Shown piece by piece: positions 61,171-64,000 of a stretch of 64,000 bases of DNA. Numbering within the stretch: the first letter of the stretch is position 1; each line of letters starts with the position of its first letter. Location of the stretch: contig CM060733.1 in NCBI GenBank assembly GCA_030704615.1, positions 70,866,001 through 70,930,000 on the forward strand. Direction: 5' to 3'. A program made the position numbers and the translations under genes. This DNA is from Takakia lepidozioides. Its lineage: Eukaryota > Plantae > Bryophyta. The notes under the pieces are model-generated. The model made no database searches. It saw only the letters and a list, made by a program, of their open reading frames with translations, and was not told the DNA's origin.

Positions 61171-64000
61171 GTGGAGGAGGTGCACATTGTGAGTGTCATT
61201 ACGGAGTTACCCAAGGGTTTTGAGGGGAGTACGGCTACAGGCAGTAACAGTGAGAGTGGGTTCACAAGACGAGGTATTCGGTTCAGACCACCTTCACCGC
61301 CACCCTCAATTACTGTAGAGTCAGACACAGACTCGGAGGCTTCATCAACAGGTGTGCACTTTCATTCGCCATTGTTGTGGGACGACATGGAGGAGATGTA
61401 TGGAGCTACCAAGGGCCTCGTAGGTACTCTGGAGCTGTGGGCACAATCGAGTTGGATGACTTTATCCAGGAGTTCGACAGCTGGTGTGATTTGCAGCAGA
61501 TGCGCAATCCACAGCTATTCACCCCATTCATGGCGTGGAAGGGACTGTTCCAGCATTTGGAAGGCCCGCCTATGGACGATTACCACGAGTTCAGGTGAGG
61601 ACATGAAGCAGAGATTGAGGAGTGGAGGATGTATTGGTCACTTGACTACGTCTCCATTACTCGAGGCACGACGCGACCAGTAGCTGCATCAGTACCAATA
61701 GCTCCCACTGCCAGCACTAGTAGTGGAGCAAGTAGTGCTGGTACTTCTGTAGGTGGTACCAGTTCAAAAGGTGCTACTACTCCTCCTGCCACGACTACAA
61801 CACATGTGCCTAGATTCAACCCGGTGGTGGAGTTCTTCCAGGAGTTGCGGAGGAACTACCAAGGTGTACGGACAGAGAAGCTGCGAAGTTTGCAAGACTT
61901 CCAGCGCAAACCCAGTGAGAGCCTGCGAGAGGCGTACACTCGTATGAGGCGCTTGATAAGTGTGACCCAAGGGGTTACTGAAGCTCAGGCAATCCAGTTT
62001 TGGTATGGAATTCTGGACAAGGAGCTCAAGAGAAGGGTGCGAGATGCAACCTTGTTACAAGCAGCCCAACCCACATTAGCAGATGTGTTTCTGCTGGCTG
62101 AGCGGATTGAGCTCAACATGGTGGAGGAGCGAGTTGTCACCATTGGATTTGGCAAGGACATGCCTGCACGAGGCGCAGCTGCCAGCCCACAGGCACAAGG
62201 TACTACCCAGCAGCGTGGTCAGGGGGGCAAGGTTTCCCAACCCAAGTTCCATGGAGCTTACAGGGGACCTCAGGTGCAGAGGCCCGTGGCATCTTTTGCA
62301 GGCCAACAACAACCAGGGGTGATATGTTGGACATGTGGAGGACCCCATGTCAAGAGAGATTGCCCAGAGAGTGGCAGAAGGCCGGCACAAGCACAGCCTG
62401 CACAGTTGCAGTGTGGGCATTGTGGCAAGTATGGGCATGGAGATGCCCAGTGTTATGACTTGCATCCTGAGTTGCGCCCAAGCCAGTTCCAAGGGAACAA
62501 TGGTGGCCGGGGGCAAGGTGGACCAGCCCAGAGAGGACGAGTTGGTCGGGCACAAGGTGCAGGCCAAGGGCAAGCTCAACATAGCCAAGGACGCGGAGGT
62601 CAGGGTGTTGATCAAGGCATGACCAACCGGCTTCAGCAGCTAGAGCAGAGGCTCGCTGCCATGGCTATAGCTCAGGCGGTACCGGCTCCCAGGCGGGATG
62701 GTCCACCTCCTGCTCCTGAGGGAGGAGATATGGGAGGCATGGGATTTATGTGCGGAGCAGCACTACCACTAGAGCAGGTGGAGTCTGCTGCAGCCGTGAC
62801 TCGAGGAGCAGCACGAGTTCCTGAGCCACGAGGTGCAGAGGTGGAATTGGATCCACAGCGTGGGAGGCAAGCCGTCAGGCAAGGCTTCCTCAGTCATTCA
62901 CATTGGCGGAGACTGTATCGACGCCATCCATGGCACCTAGTTCTCGCCCGACTATTACCGAGCGGAGGTTACTATGCCATTGGGGAGAGCTACACGTGCA
63001 GCATTGACTCCTGCTGCCAAGGCTAGTGCGGCCGGTGTGTTATTGGGGGCAGCCACCTCTGTATGTCAGGCCCCACTGTTCTCGGCAACAATGATTGCGA
63101 CGCCGGGGGTAAGGCCAGCTGCAGTGTTCAGACTAGCAGCAACACTCTGTGAGAGTGGGGAGGTCATTTCATCTTCTGCGGAGTTAGTGGAAGGTGTAGT
63201 GGCAGAGGGATCCTCGGATTTGAGGGTCAAGACTGCCACGGCTGCGCCCTGGCAAGCTGCAGCTGCCAGGTTGACGGAGCTGCCAGCTAGGCCAGCCTTT
63301 GAGCGCGCCATGGTGACACTTGGAGTTGTCTTGTTAGACAACCAGGGAGGCATTTTCACTTTGAGTGGACCGGTAGGCAAGAAGTACCGGCCACTGCGGG
63401 TCTTGTTGGACTCGGGAGCTCAGCCACTGATGTTGGGCAGAGCTGCTATTGCAGGTTTGGGCCTCATGGAGGCGGATATGGAGCCTTGCCTTTTCCAGAT
63501 ACAGACATCTCTGGGAGGATCAGAACAGGCTCGGGGCATGACAGGGCATCAGTTGGCCATTAGACTGTAGCCGGATCACCCTATCGATGGCTCAGTAATG
63601 CGAGCCAAGGCCATTGTGACAGACGCAATCTCTTACGATGTCCTCGTTGGTGGGGCAGTGTTATACCCCATGGGCTTCACCCTGGACTTTTGGGAGGAGT
63701 CAACATCCTACAGGCCTGGATAGCAGTCAGGCGATGGTCGCCGTGCACAGCTCCCTGTGACATTTATTGGGGGTATAGCGGCTGCCCAGCGGGGCAAGAT
63801 GCCAACACTAGCCGCCTTTACAGCTGCAGTTAGTTGGCCTGGAGAGTTGCTGGAAGGCAATGCCCATGCAGAGGATGTGCCACCTCCAGCAGAGCAGGAT
63901 GACATGCATGGTATGGCGGAGTTGCCTGCCATGGTTGCTCACACTCCATTGTGGGGTACGAGCAAGGATTTGCAGCAGGTTGCTGATCGACGGGTACAAC
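61171..64000 (+). mobile_element. Ty3/Gypsy-like gag-protease, degraded, running off the window
   Basis: Capsid-like FQRKPSESLREAY.RM, two knuckles (CWTCGGPHVKRDC and CGHCGKYGHGDAQC), protease VLLDSGAQ and downstream YDVLVGG. Stops and frameshifts are present. Confidence 0.88.

Overview
Transposon-rich eukaryotic window, probably from a non-seed land plant (inferred from PLS-class PPR repeats, plant-type KAS III and SOQ1 exons, and a tRNA-Met-primed chromovirus). The only clearly intact host gene is a two-exon PP2A B'/B56 regulatory subunit (10041-12091). From left to right the rest is: a full-length chromodomain Ty3/Gypsy element (165-7142, TSD GGGCA) inserted into a LINE ORF1; a decayed tandem array of OSB-type PDF-motif plus PLS-PPR fusion genes; a SET-domain gene next to a CACTA transposase; a ~15 kb Mutator-like (MULE) element; a chain of KAS III and SOQ1 gene fragments; LTR-retrotransposon pieces; an RNase H plus restriction-like-endonuclease non-LTR element; and a second Gypsy gag-protease. 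The main candidate new system is the MULE element (~29950-45250). It carries a DDE/SWIM transposase, a divergently oriented multi-exon gene joining a ParB-like domain (GNHR) to a prokaryote-like beta-class N4C/N6A DNA methyltransferase fold, and a RING-H2 gene. About 40 copies (manual count) of a 16-bp palindrome, TAGTCG-N4-CGACTA, lie in its introns and intergenic DNA. This resembles a ParB/parS-like self-recognition, marking or anti-silencing module. The copy here is degraded by stops and frameshifts. All domain calls come from motif recognition by eye.
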